Below are positions 1 to 9,728 of a stretch of 64,000 nucleotides of DNA, piece by piece. The translations under genes were made by a program, and so were the position numbers. This stretch comes from Candidatus Velthaea sp. (GTDB lineage: Bacteria > Vulcanimicrobiota > Vulcanimicrobiia > Vulcanimicrobiales > Vulcanimicrobiaceae). Numbering within the stretch: the first letter of the stretch is position 1; each line of letters opens with the position of its first letter. The notes beneath the pieces were generated by a model that was given only the letters and a program-made list of their open reading frames with translations, searched no databases and was not told where the DNA came from. The stretch is from NCBI GenBank assembly GCA_050012475.1, contig JBEKHC010000001.1, positions 1-64,000 of the forward strand, written 5' to 3'.

Positions 1-1455
1 ATCGGTCTGCCGCTGGATGCACGCGACACGCTGGCCCTCGACCTGGCGAACCAGTACGCCACCTACCAGATCCCGATTAACACGGATCCGACCGATCTCA
101 ACGCCGGCTCGGTGTCGCTGCTGAACCAGGACGACGTTCAGCGCGAGTACGACCGGTTCGCGGCGCTTTCGTTCACACGCAATGACGCCGATGGGAACGG
201 CTACTTTCGGATCGTTCCGTGGACGCGCTACAATCGCGTGGTCTACGACGGCGATCTGGCGGCGGACGTCCAGGGCTACTACCTCGGAACGGCAGCGACG
301 CCGCAAACGTGCCCGGTGCCGATCAACAACGGGTTCGACTGTCCGGCGAACGGTTTGTTCCAAGACCGGGCTGCAGCCTACGTCGGTCTGCGCGTCTCCA
401 AAGGACGCACGATCGGCAAGCACACCCTGAGCTACGGCGTCGACTTGCAGCAGGAAGACTTCGACTCCAATGTCGCGATCGCGTTCGCGCCCGACGAGAA
501 TCCCAACGGCCCGACGGCCGGGCCGTTTCGCGACGTCACCGCGCAGCGCGGCTCGAATACATCGGCGTATGTGGAGGACGTGTGGACGCCAAACGGGCGC
601 TTAGCGATCAAGCCCGGGCTGCGCTACGACCATAGCACCGGCTATGTTTCGGGCGGACAGCTCAGTCCGCGCTTTGAGGTCGACCAGACGATCGCACCCG
701 GAACGGTCGCGCACGCCTACATCGGGCGTTACTATGCCGCACCCGGCTTGGAAGATACCCGGCGTGCTGCGGTCATCACCCAAACTGCACCGACGGCAAA
801 TCCGGTCTACGACCTGTTGCCCGAGCGCGACACCTTGCTCGAGGTCGGCGTGGCTCACGATTTCGGTGCCGACCGGCGCGCGTACGTCAGCGCCTACGAT
901 CGCACCGTGGTCAACGTGCTCGACACGACGAACTTACTCAACACGCCGCTCTTCGCGGTATACAACAGCGCCATCGGCGTCACGCGCGGGATCGAGGGAC
1001 GCTACGAGCAATCGTCGCCGACGACCACCATCGGGGCGTCGTTCACGTACTCACTTTCGCTGGCAGGCGGCGTCTCGGGCGGAACGTTTCTGTTCCCTCC
1101 GCCGGACGTCACCGATTTAACGCTTCAACCTGAAGACCACGACGAGACCTACGTAGGCGATATCTACGGCACGCGTCACTTTGGCGCTGACCGCAAAACC
1201 TACGTCACGCTCGAGTCCCAGTACGGGTCAGGCTTTCCGGTTGCGTTCTTGAACGGGACCGGCGGTCGTCTCCCGGCTCACTTCCAAGAAAACGTTGCGT
1301 TAGGACGGTTGCCCGTCGGCCATCACGTCGGTTTCGAGTTCAGCGTCGATAATCTGCTCGACCACCGCTGGCTCATCAAGGTCGACAACGGCTTCAATAC
1401 CACGCAATGGAACGCGCCGCGGCGCGCGCTCTTGCGCTTGTTGCTGCCATGGTAA
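1..1455 (+). CDS. TonB-dependent outer membrane receptor, 5'-partial
   Basis: Frame is open from base 1. Beta-barrel TBDR motifs: YVEDVWTP, GLRYD, LSPRF, LLPER, SVDNLLD, and a C-terminal aromatic residue (W). Confidence 0.85.
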   Translation: MGLPLDARDTLALDLANQYATYQIPINTDPTDLNAGSVSLLNQDDVQREYDRFAALSFTRNDADGNGYFRIVPWTRYNRVVYDGDLAADVQGYYLGTAATPQTCPVPINNGFDCPANGLFQDRAAAYVGLRVSKGRTIGKHTLSYGVDLQQEDFDSNVAIAFAPDENPNGPTAGPFRDVTAQRGSNTSAYVEDVWTPNGRLAIKPGLRYDHSTGYVSGGQLSPRFEVDQTIAPGTVAHAYIGRYYAAPGLEDTRRAAVITQTAPTANPVYDLLPERDTLLEVGVAHDFGADRRAYVSAYDRTVVNVLDTTNLLNTPLFAVYNSAIGVTRGIEGRYEQSSPTTTIGASFTYSLSLAGGVSGGTFLFPPPDVTDLTLQPEDHDETYVGDIYGTRHFGADRKTYVTLESQYGSGFPVAFLNGTGGRLPAHFQENVALGRLPVGHHVGFEFSVDNLLDHRWLIKVDNGFNTTQWNAPRRALLRLLLPW

Positions 1456-1517
1456 AGGCCAGACTGGAGGACTTCACGACCACGACCGACTTGCCTTAGG
1501 GTTAGGCAGGTCTTCGG

Positions 1518-1889
1518 TCATCGCCGAGGGAGTCCACACAGGCTGCTTCCGGGCCAGAAGTATGCTCCCTTCGGCGTGCTCACCGTGTCCAGCCACGTGA
1601 TCGTCCGTCGGATTTTGCCCGCAATCGACTCGGATGGCGGCGCACTGGACGAGATCGAAGATCTGCCGGCCCGCGCCGGCGTCAAAAGGAAATCTTGGCG
1701 CTCCGCGGTCCGCGCGCTGACCGTATCGCCAAGGCGAGCGAGTCTCGCGACGTCGACCGTCGTTGGGTTCGGCACGCCCGTGCTGGGCGATTCCGCTAAG
1801 TGGCCAAGGTATGCGACGGCCACAACTGCGGCCAGTCCGAGCATCCAGAGTGTAAGACGAAACAGCCCGCTTATCGAAGACCGTGCCAT
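1518..1889 (-). CDS. Hypothetical membrane-anchored protein (~123 aa)
   Basis: ATG at 1889 (MARSSISG...) followed by a hydrophobic helix LWMLGLAAVVAVAYLG. No family recognised. Confidence 0.35.
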   Translation of the reverse strand: MARSSISGLFRLTLWMLGLAAVVAVAYLGHLAESPSTGVPNPTTVDVARLARLGDTVSARTAERQDFLLTPARAGRSSISSSAPPSESIAGKIRRTITWLDTVSTPKGAYFWPGSSLCGLPRR

Positions 1890-2238
1890 CGTACGTCTTG
1901 ACGAAATGTTATTGCAGGGCTTTGGCGCACGGGAGCGTTCTTTCCGATTTGAGTTGCCGATATAAACGGTCAGATCGCAGTCCCATCGTGCACTTTGGAG
2001 CGACGACCGTTCCTTCTGGTTAGACCGGCAATCAAGGTTATCGGCCAAAGGCGCCTTGACTCGAGCTTCGCCGGAATGCGCTCGCTGCTGCCTCGAGCTT
2101 ACCATCACGGCGTTCGGTTGTATAGTACGAGGCACCACGTGGTCGCCGCGCGATCTGACGTTCATTCGACGCGCTGCAATGCGACGAGACCCGCACGATC
2201 TTTGGTGGTATGCTTAAGGAGAAGACGGAACGACGTTC

Positions 2239-2619
2239 ATGTTTGAGTGCACGTGGATCGAGGGCACCCGCATATTTAATATCCTCTTCGGCGTCGTCAA
2301 TGCCGCCGTTTGTTTCTCCGTTGCGATCCCGATCTTATGGTGGGTCCTGCCCAAACACCGGACCTGGTTCTTCTCCCCCAAGGTCGATCGTAATCAGGGC
2401 GCACAACTTTTTTGCCCGTCAATGGCGTCCACCGATGCGCTCTGCCGGTTCATACCGCACGAACCATTGCCTTGGGTTCACCCAGCGTTCTTCCTGACGA
2501 CGTTGATCATCGCCGCAGCACTCGGCCCACGTGTGGCCTACATCGCTCTCCGGCGCAGACGAGTAGCCGCACGAACGACCTTCGCTTCAGGTGGAGCGAA
2601 AAGGCTGGCTTCCCCATGA
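2239..2619 (+). CDS. Hypothetical membrane protein with Cys-containing loop
   Basis: Extended -10 TGGTATGCT (~2206-2214) and AAGGAG upstream. Two TM segments. Stop overlaps the sco start (ATGA). Confidence 0.6.
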   Translation: MFECTWIEGTRIFNILFGVVNAAVCFSVAIPILWWVLPKHRTWFFSPKVDRNQGAQLFCPSMASTDALCRFIPHEPLPWVHPAFFLTTLIIAAALGPRVAYIALRRRRVAARTTFASGGAKRLASP

Positions 2620-3212
2620 CGGTCGATCCGCTAACAGCGCCACGATCGCGCGCGCGGGTGATGACGCTCGGCTTCATCGTGTTGTTCCTCGCATTGAGCG
2701 CCATCCCGATTGTCGTTCTCTGGCAAGCCAAGGTTATCGTGGCGCCGGACTTCGCGCTGACCGACCAGGACGCTCGGCCCTTCAAACTTTCGGGACTTCG
2801 CGGACATCCCGTAGTCGTGTTCTTCGGGTACACGCACTGCCCCGATGTCTGTCCAACGACGCTCGCGCATTTAGCCAAAGCCATACATGCACCGACTGTG
2901 CCGGGCGACGAACACGTCGTATTCATTACGGTCGACCCAGGCCGCGATTCTCCCGGTGTGCTCAAACGCTACGTCCGGCTCTTCGATCCCGAGTTCATCG
3001 GACTCACCGGCAGCCTAAAGAGTTTAGAGCCAGTCTATGCGGCCTATCACATGGCGCGTCAGGCCGTCCGCATCAATCATGGCCCGGACGATTATTCGAT
3101 CGTACACGGAACATCGCTTTACTACGTTGGCCGTGACGGACTCATGAAAGGCTTCGGAAGCTGGGAAAACGACACGCCGGAACTCACTCAAGATTTGAAG
3201 AGGTTTCAATGA
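2616..3212 (+). CDS. sco: SCO1/SenC family copper chaperone
   Basis: FFGYTHCPDVCP (CxxxC), ITVDPGRD, conserved His (IVHG), N-terminal TM helix. Confidence 0.93.
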   Translation: MTVDPLTAPRSRARVMTLGFIVLFLALSAIPIVVLWQAKVIVAPDFALTDQDARPFKLSGLRGHPVVVFFGYTHCPDVCPTTLAHLAKAIHAPTVPGDEHVVFITVDPGRDSPGVLKRYVRLFDPEFIGLTGSLKSLEPVYAAYHMARQAVRINHGPDDYSIVHGTSLYYVGRDGLMKGFGSWENDTPELTQDLKRFQ

Positions 3213-3676
3213 TGCGTCACGTCCTAGGCCTTTTGTTGTTCGTGGTTGGCCTTCCGTTTATGGCCGTCGCCGACACGCGGGCGGTCAGCGTAACGGACGC
3301 ATGGTCACGTCCGGCGACGGGTACCGGCGTCGTCTATGCGACGCTTCACAATAATGCGGCGGTGGCCGACCATCTCATCGGCGCGTCTTCGCCGCTGGCG
3401 CGCCACATCGGCCTGCACCAGACCTCGGAAATGAAGATGTCCGGCATGTCAACGTCGATGGGCAACATGCCGATGGCCGGCTCGATGACCTCGATGAAGT
3501 CCGTGCCGTCCATTCCCGTTCCAGCGCACGGCACTACGGCGCTGGCGCCAGGCGGCTATCATCTCATGCTCGATCTGCGGAGCGACCTCAAAGCGGGAGA
3601 GACGGTTCCGCTGCGGTTACACTTCGCACGAGCGGGCTGGGTGACTGCCAGTGCGCAGGTGAGGCCGATCCGCTGA
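3209..3676 (+). CDS. Copper chaperone PCu(A)C
   Basis: Signal peptide, DAWSR, H...M...LAPGGYHLM motif, Met-rich insert; coupled to sco. Confidence 0.92.
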   Translation: MMRHVLGLLLFVVGLPFMAVADTRAVSVTDAWSRPATGTGVVYATLHNNAAVADHLIGASSPLARHIGLHQTSEMKMSGMSTSMGNMPMAGSMTSMKSVPSIPVPAHGTTALAPGGYHLMLDLRSDLKAGETVPLRLHFARAGWVTASAQVRPIR

Positions 3677-3790
3677 GCTGCGGCGCGGCACCGCAGTGAA
3701 GAAGCGTGGGGGCTGGCAGGCATGCTTCATGATGGTGGCGTTCGCAATTCCATCCGGCCGAAACGCGAGCGGTCCGGCTTACGTACGGGG

Positions 3791-4330
3791 TCAAGCTCTA
3801 GAATGGTCATGGGTCAGGGCCGCTGCTTCCTCAGCTTGGCACGTGCAGACGTGACGCGTGACGAGCAGTCGCCTAAGGCGACGGAGTTCTGAACTACTGA
3901 TATCCGAAAGAGATACAACCACTGTTCTCTGCGGCAGTTCGATAACGAGCGCGCACGACGTGAAACACACCTGCTTGAGAGAAGACCAATCGACGTGGCC
4001 GCTACCCTCGCTATCTTGCACGTGCGCGCCCGTGGCTCGTATCGTAACAAAAGGTCGTCGCGATCTCGCGGCGGATGATGCCGCCAGTGCAGGAATATCA
4101 GTCGCGCTCATGTACAGCGCAAGGCCGATAACGAGCCCACTTCCGAAAATGATGAGATCGGTTCGACTCTCCAGGCCGACGATAAGACGGTAGAATGCGA
4201 CCGCCAGCACTCTTCGCCGATGCCAGAATACATGACGATGTGCATTTCGTAGGTCGACGAAACGAGTGCTGACCGGCAGTCGCAGCGTCGATCCGCGATG
4301 TTCTTCTTCAACATTCTTTTTGGGTGGCAT
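3791..4330 (-). CDS. Hypothetical membrane protein, YcxB-like C-terminus
   Basis: Two TM helices followed by a small beta domain with a VDWSSLKQV pattern. Confidence 0.4.
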   Translation of the reverse strand: MPPKKNVEEEHRGSTLRLPVSTRFVDLRNAHRHVFWHRRRVLAVAFYRLIVGLESRTDLIIFGSGLVIGLALYMSATDIPALAASSAARSRRPFVTIRATGAHVQDSEGSGHVDWSSLKQVCFTSCALVIELPQRTVVVSLSDISSSELRRLRRLLVTRHVCTCQAEEAAALTHDHSRA

Positions 4331-4584
4331 GGTGCGACTCCCCGCACACGGTGAAGCTGATTGTTTCTCAATTCTCGGAAACGGCTCACGAAGCTGCGTT
4401 CCAATGCAGACCCATCACAAGTTCGCCTTGTCCGGCGCACCCGCGCGTCTGTCTTTGCGCGTCTCTCTTGAGAGCCGACAAACCTTGTCGACTCAAGGCA
4501 TTTCCGTCACGAAGGATCACCGAAAGTCCGGCTCACACCGGCTCTTTCGGCTGCCCTTGTCGTACTACCGCATACACGTGAACG

Positions 4585-6969
4585 CTATCGACCGAATCGA
4601 AGACCGATATCGAACTCACGTGGGGGTGCAAAGTGATTTCCCTGCGCGTTGAGCAAGGTCACATAGTACCGATCGTTCAGGAGGTTCTGGATGCGGGCGG
4701 TCAGCGCGACGCTCTTGCCGACGGCGATCCCCTTCTCCACGGCAAAGATGATATGCGGCGTCTCTTTGCAATCATCGGTCGCGGGGACGCAGATTGCCGA
4801 GGACAAGCCGCTGCCATACTCGCCGCTGCCGGAGAACCATCCGCCCCGACGGTCGTTGACCAGAAAACCGCTGGTAACGCTCCAGCGCTGTTCGTGGTCG
4901 GCTGGGGTAAAAATCGTGGGCGCTCCGAAGCACGGCGCCAATAACTGCGTTTCGCAGCCGGAGTTGAGCGAGATCGTATGGTTCACGTTGGCGTAGAAGC
5001 GACCGCCGTTCGCGACGGGTTGGACATACGCCAACGTCTCGGCGGAAAGGCGCCCTAACGTATAATTGATGTCCTGATGCAGCGCCGTCACGCCGACTTG
5101 CGTATCGTCGATGAGGTTGTTGGCGTTCTTCTGCCAGATGCGAAAGCCGAGTTCACCGGGGCCGGCGGGGACGTGGCCGCCGAACTCGAGCTGCGTGTCG
5201 CGCTCGGGTTTTAAGTCGAATTGCGCCTCGGTTGGCTGCAGCGGCAGGTTAAGGAGCTGCGCCGCACGCGGATCGACGTTCTCGAACGAGAACGGCTCGA
5301 AGAAGCGCCCGATGTAGGCATAAATCGATGCCCGCTTGCCGAAGAAACGCGTGAGCTTGAAGCGAGGACTGAATCCGCCGAACCCCTGATAGAAAGCGGT
5401 CGACCGGATCGAGAAGGAGTCGTAGCGCATCCCGTAGTCGGCTTCATATTTGTCCGAGAGTTTCCAGCTGTCTTGAAGGTACGACGTGTAGGTGTTGCCG
5501 ATGTTGCGGTTGTCGTCGACGACCGACGTTGGCGCATCGGGGGTGCTGGGGGTCACGATCGGTGCCAGGAAGTTGTTTGGCTGCAGCGTGACATCATAGG
5601 TTTTGTCAACGCGGGTGAGATCGTACCCCACACCGGCGCGCAATTCGTGTGCGCCGAAGCGTTCGACCAGATCGCTGTTGAAGATATAGTCGATCGCCGT
5701 CTTATTATCGTTGAGCGAATAGGCGCAGGTCGTCGGGGCGAAGTTTCCGGTTGACAGCGCGTCGGCGCAGTCGCTCGACGTTCCGCCGTTGCCGAACGGC
5801 GGCGCGATGACGTTGAGGGCCTCACCGTAGGTCCAATCGTTCTGCGGATCGCCGAAGTCTTGGATATGTGAGACCTTGAGCGCCGGACCGAAGCTGAGCG
5901 AGCCGTTGTCACCCAGCGAGTGCCGGAATTGCGCGCTCAGAAACGTGTCGTCTTGCGTCTCGTTGTCGTTCGTCGTCGCCGGCTCGCCGTAGTTGATGTC
6001 GTTCGGGATCTGATACGTCCGCAAGCTGTGGATGAGGGTAATGTCGGTGAAGTCGTTTTTTCCGCTTGGCAGCGTCACGCGAAAGAACTGGTTGGCGTTG
6101 CTGCCTTGGTTGTGGGGTGAAGAAAAATCCGGCGGATCGAGCGCGCGATCCGTTTGCTGATTACGAATCGCGATGTCGAAGGCGCCGCCGTTGCCCAGCG
6201 GCGCATGATACCCCAGTGACTGGTCGATATCCCCGTAAGATCCATAGCGGACGCTGCCGTCGAATCCCGGCGGACCGGTTCCCGCGCGGGTCGTGATGTT
6301 GAGCACGGACCCGAACCGCAGGCCGTATTGAGCCGGATACGCCCCCTCGATCGCGTCGAGATACGAAATGTCGTTGGGATCGATTTCACTGCCGATTTCG
6401 CGATTAAGCGCCTGAGGGATCGGGATACCGTCGACGACGTAGTCGATCACGCCGTGGTCGCCGTTCATGTGCACGACGCCGTTGGCGCCCCGCGCCGTTC
6501 CCGGCAGCTGAATGAGCGCCTCAGGGAAACTATCGCTCGACGGCGCACGCGTGAGATCGCTGGCGTTGAGCTGGACGTCGGCGCCGCTGCCGCGGACGGG
6601 ATTCGCGCGGACGACTTTGACGCTGCCGATTTGCTTGATCGGCGTGAGTGCGAGCGTCACGTCTGCGCCGCCGCTGCCAAGATCGACGCTGAGTTCGCCC
6701 GAGATCCCGGCCGAACTGGCCGCTATGCGATACGTACCGAACGCCAAGGCGTTGAAGGAGAATCGGCCATGGTCATCCGTTGTCGTGCGGATGACCCGTT
6801 GATTTCCCGACAAGGTCACGGTGGCGTGGGAAATGCCCACGCCGTTTCTCGTCACCGTGCCGGCGAGATCTGCGCCGGCCGTCGCGGCCTGAACTGGAAG
6901 GGCGGTAAGGAACGCCAAAAAGAGGGTCAGAACCGCCGCGCTGATGCGACGGGCGGGGAAGAAAATCAT
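4585..6969 (-). CDS. TonB-dependent receptor, likely metal uptake
   Basis: Signal peptide, carboxypeptidase-regulatory-like N-domain, plug with HMNGDH and YVVDGIP, YLQDSWKL, LKPERD, IQNLLND. GAGG RBS before ATG 6969. Confidence 0.9.
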   Translation of the reverse strand: MIFFPARRISAAVLTLFLAFLTALPVQAATAGADLAGTVTRNGVGISHATVTLSGNQRVIRTTTDDHGRFSFNALAFGTYRIAASSAGISGELSVDLGSGGADVTLALTPIKQIGSVKVVRANPVRGSGADVQLNASDLTRAPSSDSFPEALIQLPGTARGANGVVHMNGDHGVIDYVVDGIPIPQALNREIGSEIDPNDISYLDAIEGAYPAQYGLRFGSVLNITTRAGTGPPGFDGSVRYGSYGDIDQSLGYHAPLGNGGAFDIAIRNQQTDRALDPPDFSSPHNQGSNANQFFRVTLPSGKNDFTDITLIHSLRTYQIPNDINYGEPATTNDNETQDDTFLSAQFRHSLGDNGSLSFGPALKVSHIQDFGDPQNDWTYGEALNVIAPPFGNGGTSSDCADALSTGNFAPTTCAYSLNDNKTAIDYIFNSDLVERFGAHELRAGVGYDLTRVDKTYDVTLQPNNFLAPIVTPSTPDAPTSVVDDNRNIGNTYTSYLQDSWKLSDKYEADYGMRYDSFSIRSTAFYQGFGGFSPRFKLTRFFGKRASIYAYIGRFFEPFSFENVDPRAAQLLNLPLQPTEAQFDLKPERDTQLEFGGHVPAGPGELGFRIWQKNANNLIDDTQVGVTALHQDINYTLGRLSAETLAYVQPVANGGRFYANVNHTISLNSGCETQLLAPCFGAPTIFTPADHEQRWSVTSGFLVNDRRGGWFSGSGEYGSGLSSAICVPATDDCKETPHIIFAVEKGIAVGKSVALTARIQNLLNDRYYVTLLNAQGNHFAPPREFDIGLRFGR

Positions 6970-7084
6970 CAGTTGTCCTCGAGGCGAATGCAGCAAATCC
7001 GCGATGCAAACGCATCGCGACGAAAGTCAAATCAACAGCATCGATAAAGGCGCGCAGAGTCGCCTTTGTGCCGTTAGAAGCTGA

Positions 7085-7711
7085 CTAGGCTGTGCTCGGC
7101 GGAGGACGGTAGCGGAACGAGAATGGCGAGCAGCGGACCGGGCGCGCGGGCGGCCGGGGGTAGGGTGCAACGCCGTTTTCGACTTGTGGCGATGCGCCAA
7201 ATCGAATCGTCCAGACGAGTGATAGAACGAACTCGAGCATCCGTCGTTTGCCGAATGCAACGACGAGCGCACCGCAAAAGGCCGTGAGCATCGCAGCCAG
7301 CACTGCTGCAACGACATCACCGCCATGTAAAGGGCATCCCTCACCAAGCTGCGAGATGACGAAGAAAGCAAACTGCGCGGCGAATGCCGCTGCGGTAAAC
7401 CCAGCACCCTCGCCCCCGAACGGCAGGGCCGAGATCAGCGACCTCCCCCGTGCACGGCAATCCTCAGGCGGCAGCAACGCCAGCGCGACGATCGCAGCGA
7501 CAACGCAACTCGCTGCAATGACCCCGAGATAGGCGTGACGGCCGGAGAACACCAGAGACAGGTCCAGGCGCCAGCCGAGACCGGCGAGCTCGGCCATGAG
7601 GTGCGTCACGATCCCGAACAGAGTCGTAACCGCGCCGAAGAGCAAGCCGGCAGCGAGACGGCGGCCAATCGGCAGTGTCAGCTTTCTGCGACAGCCCCGT
7701 ATCATTGCCAC
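7085..7711 (-). CDS. Multi-TM membrane protein with C-terminal RPPP (candidate regulatory uORF)
   Basis: About 4-5 TM helices, a GEGCPLHGGD loop, and a Pro-rich tail ending RYRPPPSTA. Start uncertain. Confidence 0.65.
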   Translation of the reverse strand: MAMIRGCRRKLTLPIGRRLAAGLLFGAVTTLFGIVTHLMAELAGLGWRLDLSLVFSGRHAYLGVIAASCVVAAIVALALLPPEDCRARGRSLISALPFGGEGAGFTAAAFAAQFAFFVISQLGEGCPLHGGDVVAAVLAAMLTAFCGALVVAFGKRRMLEFVLSLVWTIRFGASPQVENGVAPYPRPPARPVRCSPFSFRYRPPPSTA

Positions 7712-7866
7712 TGGCCGCCGTCTTAACGCTGGTCACGCGAGATCTCCTGCTGGTCCAAAACCGCACGACGGCAGCGGATGCGACATCGTATGCCTCGTGG
7801 CTCCGATTCGATTCGTCTTCATGAGAATGTCATGCGTCTGGGAATCGGCCGTGCCACGGTCACTGC

Positions 7867-8052
7867 ATGAAAAGCGCGCTAAAAACTGGGCCGAAACCAG
7901 CGCTTTCGCTCGTGCCGGGGAACCTCGTGCCGGCGAACCCTGGGCTTCCGATTCCGATTGACGACGCCGAGGCCGCGGCGCTCTACCTCGCGGAGATCAT
8001 GCCGCCGGCGATCCGGCGCGAGCTTGGACGACTGCTCGTCGCAAGTGCCTAG
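7867..8052 (+). CDS. Small hypothetical protein
   Basis: 61-aa ORF in an otherwise empty gap with a plausible amphipathic C-terminal helix. Confidence 0.35.
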   Translation: MKSALKTGPKPALSLVPGNLVPANPGLPIPIDDAEAAALYLAEIMPPAIRRELGRLLVASA

Positions 8053-8092
8053 CGCTCGTCTAGGACGCAGCTGCGCCGGATCTGTTGCTTTC

Positions 8093-8641
8093 TTACGTGA
8101 CGCCGGTGGTCAGGCCGCGCTGCATGTCGGCGATGTACTTGCGGTGTTGGCCGTTTTGAAAATCGCGGAAGCTGCGCCAGAGGGCGGCCTCGACCGCCGC
8201 CCATGACATCGGCCGGGCGCTCAAAGCGGGCATCGACAGCCCCCAATTCCGTATCCCGGCCTCGACCGGCTCCGCGTCAAAGACGATCTCGGCGCCGAGG
8301 TCGGCGGGATCGTACGTCGACCAGCGCATCGCGCCGGTCTGCGGATCGAAGGTTCGAAACACCGGGACGCTCCACGGGCGCGGATCGCTCGCTTGGCGCA
8401 CGCTGATGAGCGGCCATTCGCCGCTGCGCAGGCCGTGTTCGTCGCACACGCCGATGAGGTCGGCATCGCCCGGCGTCAGCGCGAGAACATCGGCACCCGA
8501 CGGCAGCCGCTCGAAAAACCGGGCGAAGAAATAGCCCAAGATCACGCCGCGGGCATCGACGGCTGCCGCGCGTCCGAGCGCAAACAAGCGGAACCGGAGC
8601 GGGACCGCGAACCAATCGCCGGCGGCATACGATTGCGCCAT
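8093..8641 (-). CDS. Imm26-like immunity protein
   Basis: GDWFAVPL...GR...ILGYFF...GL.SGEWPLI pattern typical of Imm26. ATG 8641 directly follows the GNAT stop. Confidence 0.65.
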   Translation of the reverse strand: MAQSYAAGDWFAVPLRFRLFALGRAAAVDARGVILGYFFARFFERLPSGADVLALTPGDADLIGVCDEHGLRSGEWPLISVRQASDPRPWSVPVFRTFDPQTGAMRWSTYDPADLGAEIVFDAEPVEAGIRNWGLSMPALSARPMSWAAVEAALWRSFRDFQNGQHRKYIADMQRGLTTGVT

Positions 8642-8643
8642 CG

Positions 8644-9606
8644 TCAGATGTGGTCGGTGCTCCAACACCGGTCGGCGTCGTCGGCGAGAATCGCCGGCGC
8701 TTGCGCGCGCCAGGCCGTGCGCGCGGATGCGGAGATCGGCGCGATCATCGCGACGCCGCTCTTGCGTTTCTTTACGGCTCCGCGCGGCAGCGCGGGGCGC
8801 GCAACGTCCGGCGGCAGCCAGCCGGTCACCTTGCGCAGGTCGCCTGCGGCACTGCGAACCAGCGAGGCGATCGCATCGAACCCATCGTCTCCGGTATAGC
8901 CGAATTCGTCGAGCACGAACGCGTCGAGCTTGGGGAGGCGCCGGCCCAGAACGTAGGCGGCAGCACTCCGCGCGCGGCGGTTGATCAGGGCGATGCGTTG
9001 CCCGTCGGAGGGGTGTCCGCGCGTCGCGGTGCGCAGCCATTCCCAGACCAGCGGCGTACGTTTGAACGCGATCGGCCGGCGGTTGTCGAGGGCGTCGAAA
9101 CAGCGGCGAATCGTGCTCCAATCCGAGTCGGTCACCGTCGCGATCTCCAGCCGCGCGGCGGGCAGCGTGTCGGCGCGCAAACTGATCGTTCGCGAAGGCA
9201 GCGCGACGAAGCCGAGCCGTTCGTAGAACGCCGGATGAATGTCGCTGAACAGATACGCGATATCGGTGCCGGCGACGCGCTCGTTGTCCAACAGGACGCC
9301 GATGAGCGCCGAGGCGTAGCCGCGGCCGCGCAATTCGGGCGGGGTGAACACCGCGCCGATGCCGACCGCTCGCAGGACGCGATCGCCGCAGCGGATCTCA
9401 CGCTCGTACCGCTTGCACGAGACGGCAATCGAGCCATCGATGCGCAGTCCGATCGTGCGGAACCGGCGCTTGCCGTACGCCGACGCCGCCACGGCGACAA
9501 AATCGCGGACGTATTCGTCGAACGATCGGCTCCCCGCCCAGATCGCGCGCGAGTGCGGCAGGATATCGCGCGCGTAGTCGGCGGTTGCGATCGTGGTCAG
9601 TTGCAC
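8644..9606 (-). CDS. GNAT family N-acetyltransferase (Eis-like N-terminus)
   Basis: Motif A GIGAVFTPPELRGRGYA and motif B AFYERLGF. Confidence 0.88.
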   Translation of the reverse strand: MQLTTIATADYARDILPHSRAIWAGSRSFDEYVRDFVAVAASAYGKRRFRTIGLRIDGSIAVSCKRYEREIRCGDRVLRAVGIGAVFTPPELRGRGYASALIGVLLDNERVAGTDIAYLFSDIHPAFYERLGFVALPSRTISLRADTLPAARLEIATVTDSDWSTIRRCFDALDNRRPIAFKRTPLVWEWLRTATRGHPSDGQRIALINRRARSAAAYVLGRRLPKLDAFVLDEFGYTGDDGFDAIASLVRSAAGDLRKVTGWLPPDVARPALPRGAVKKRKSGVAMIAPISASARTAWRAQAPAILADDADRCWSTDHI

Positions 9607-9677
9607 CCGTCAATTCTACAACAATCGATCGCTACGCAAACGATGCCGCCGCGAAACTCCTCGCCAAACGCAACGCG

Positions 9678-9726
9678 CGGCGCGGCGCGCAGCGCCGAAC
9701 GCCAAGGGTTCAGCGAAGCTGAACCC
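9678..9726. repeat. Dispersed palindromic element, copy 1
   Basis: CGGCGC-GCA-GCGCCG AACGC CAA GGGTTCAGC-GAA-GCTGAACCC; same linker as the other copies. Confidence 0.7.
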
Positions 9727-9728
9727 TC

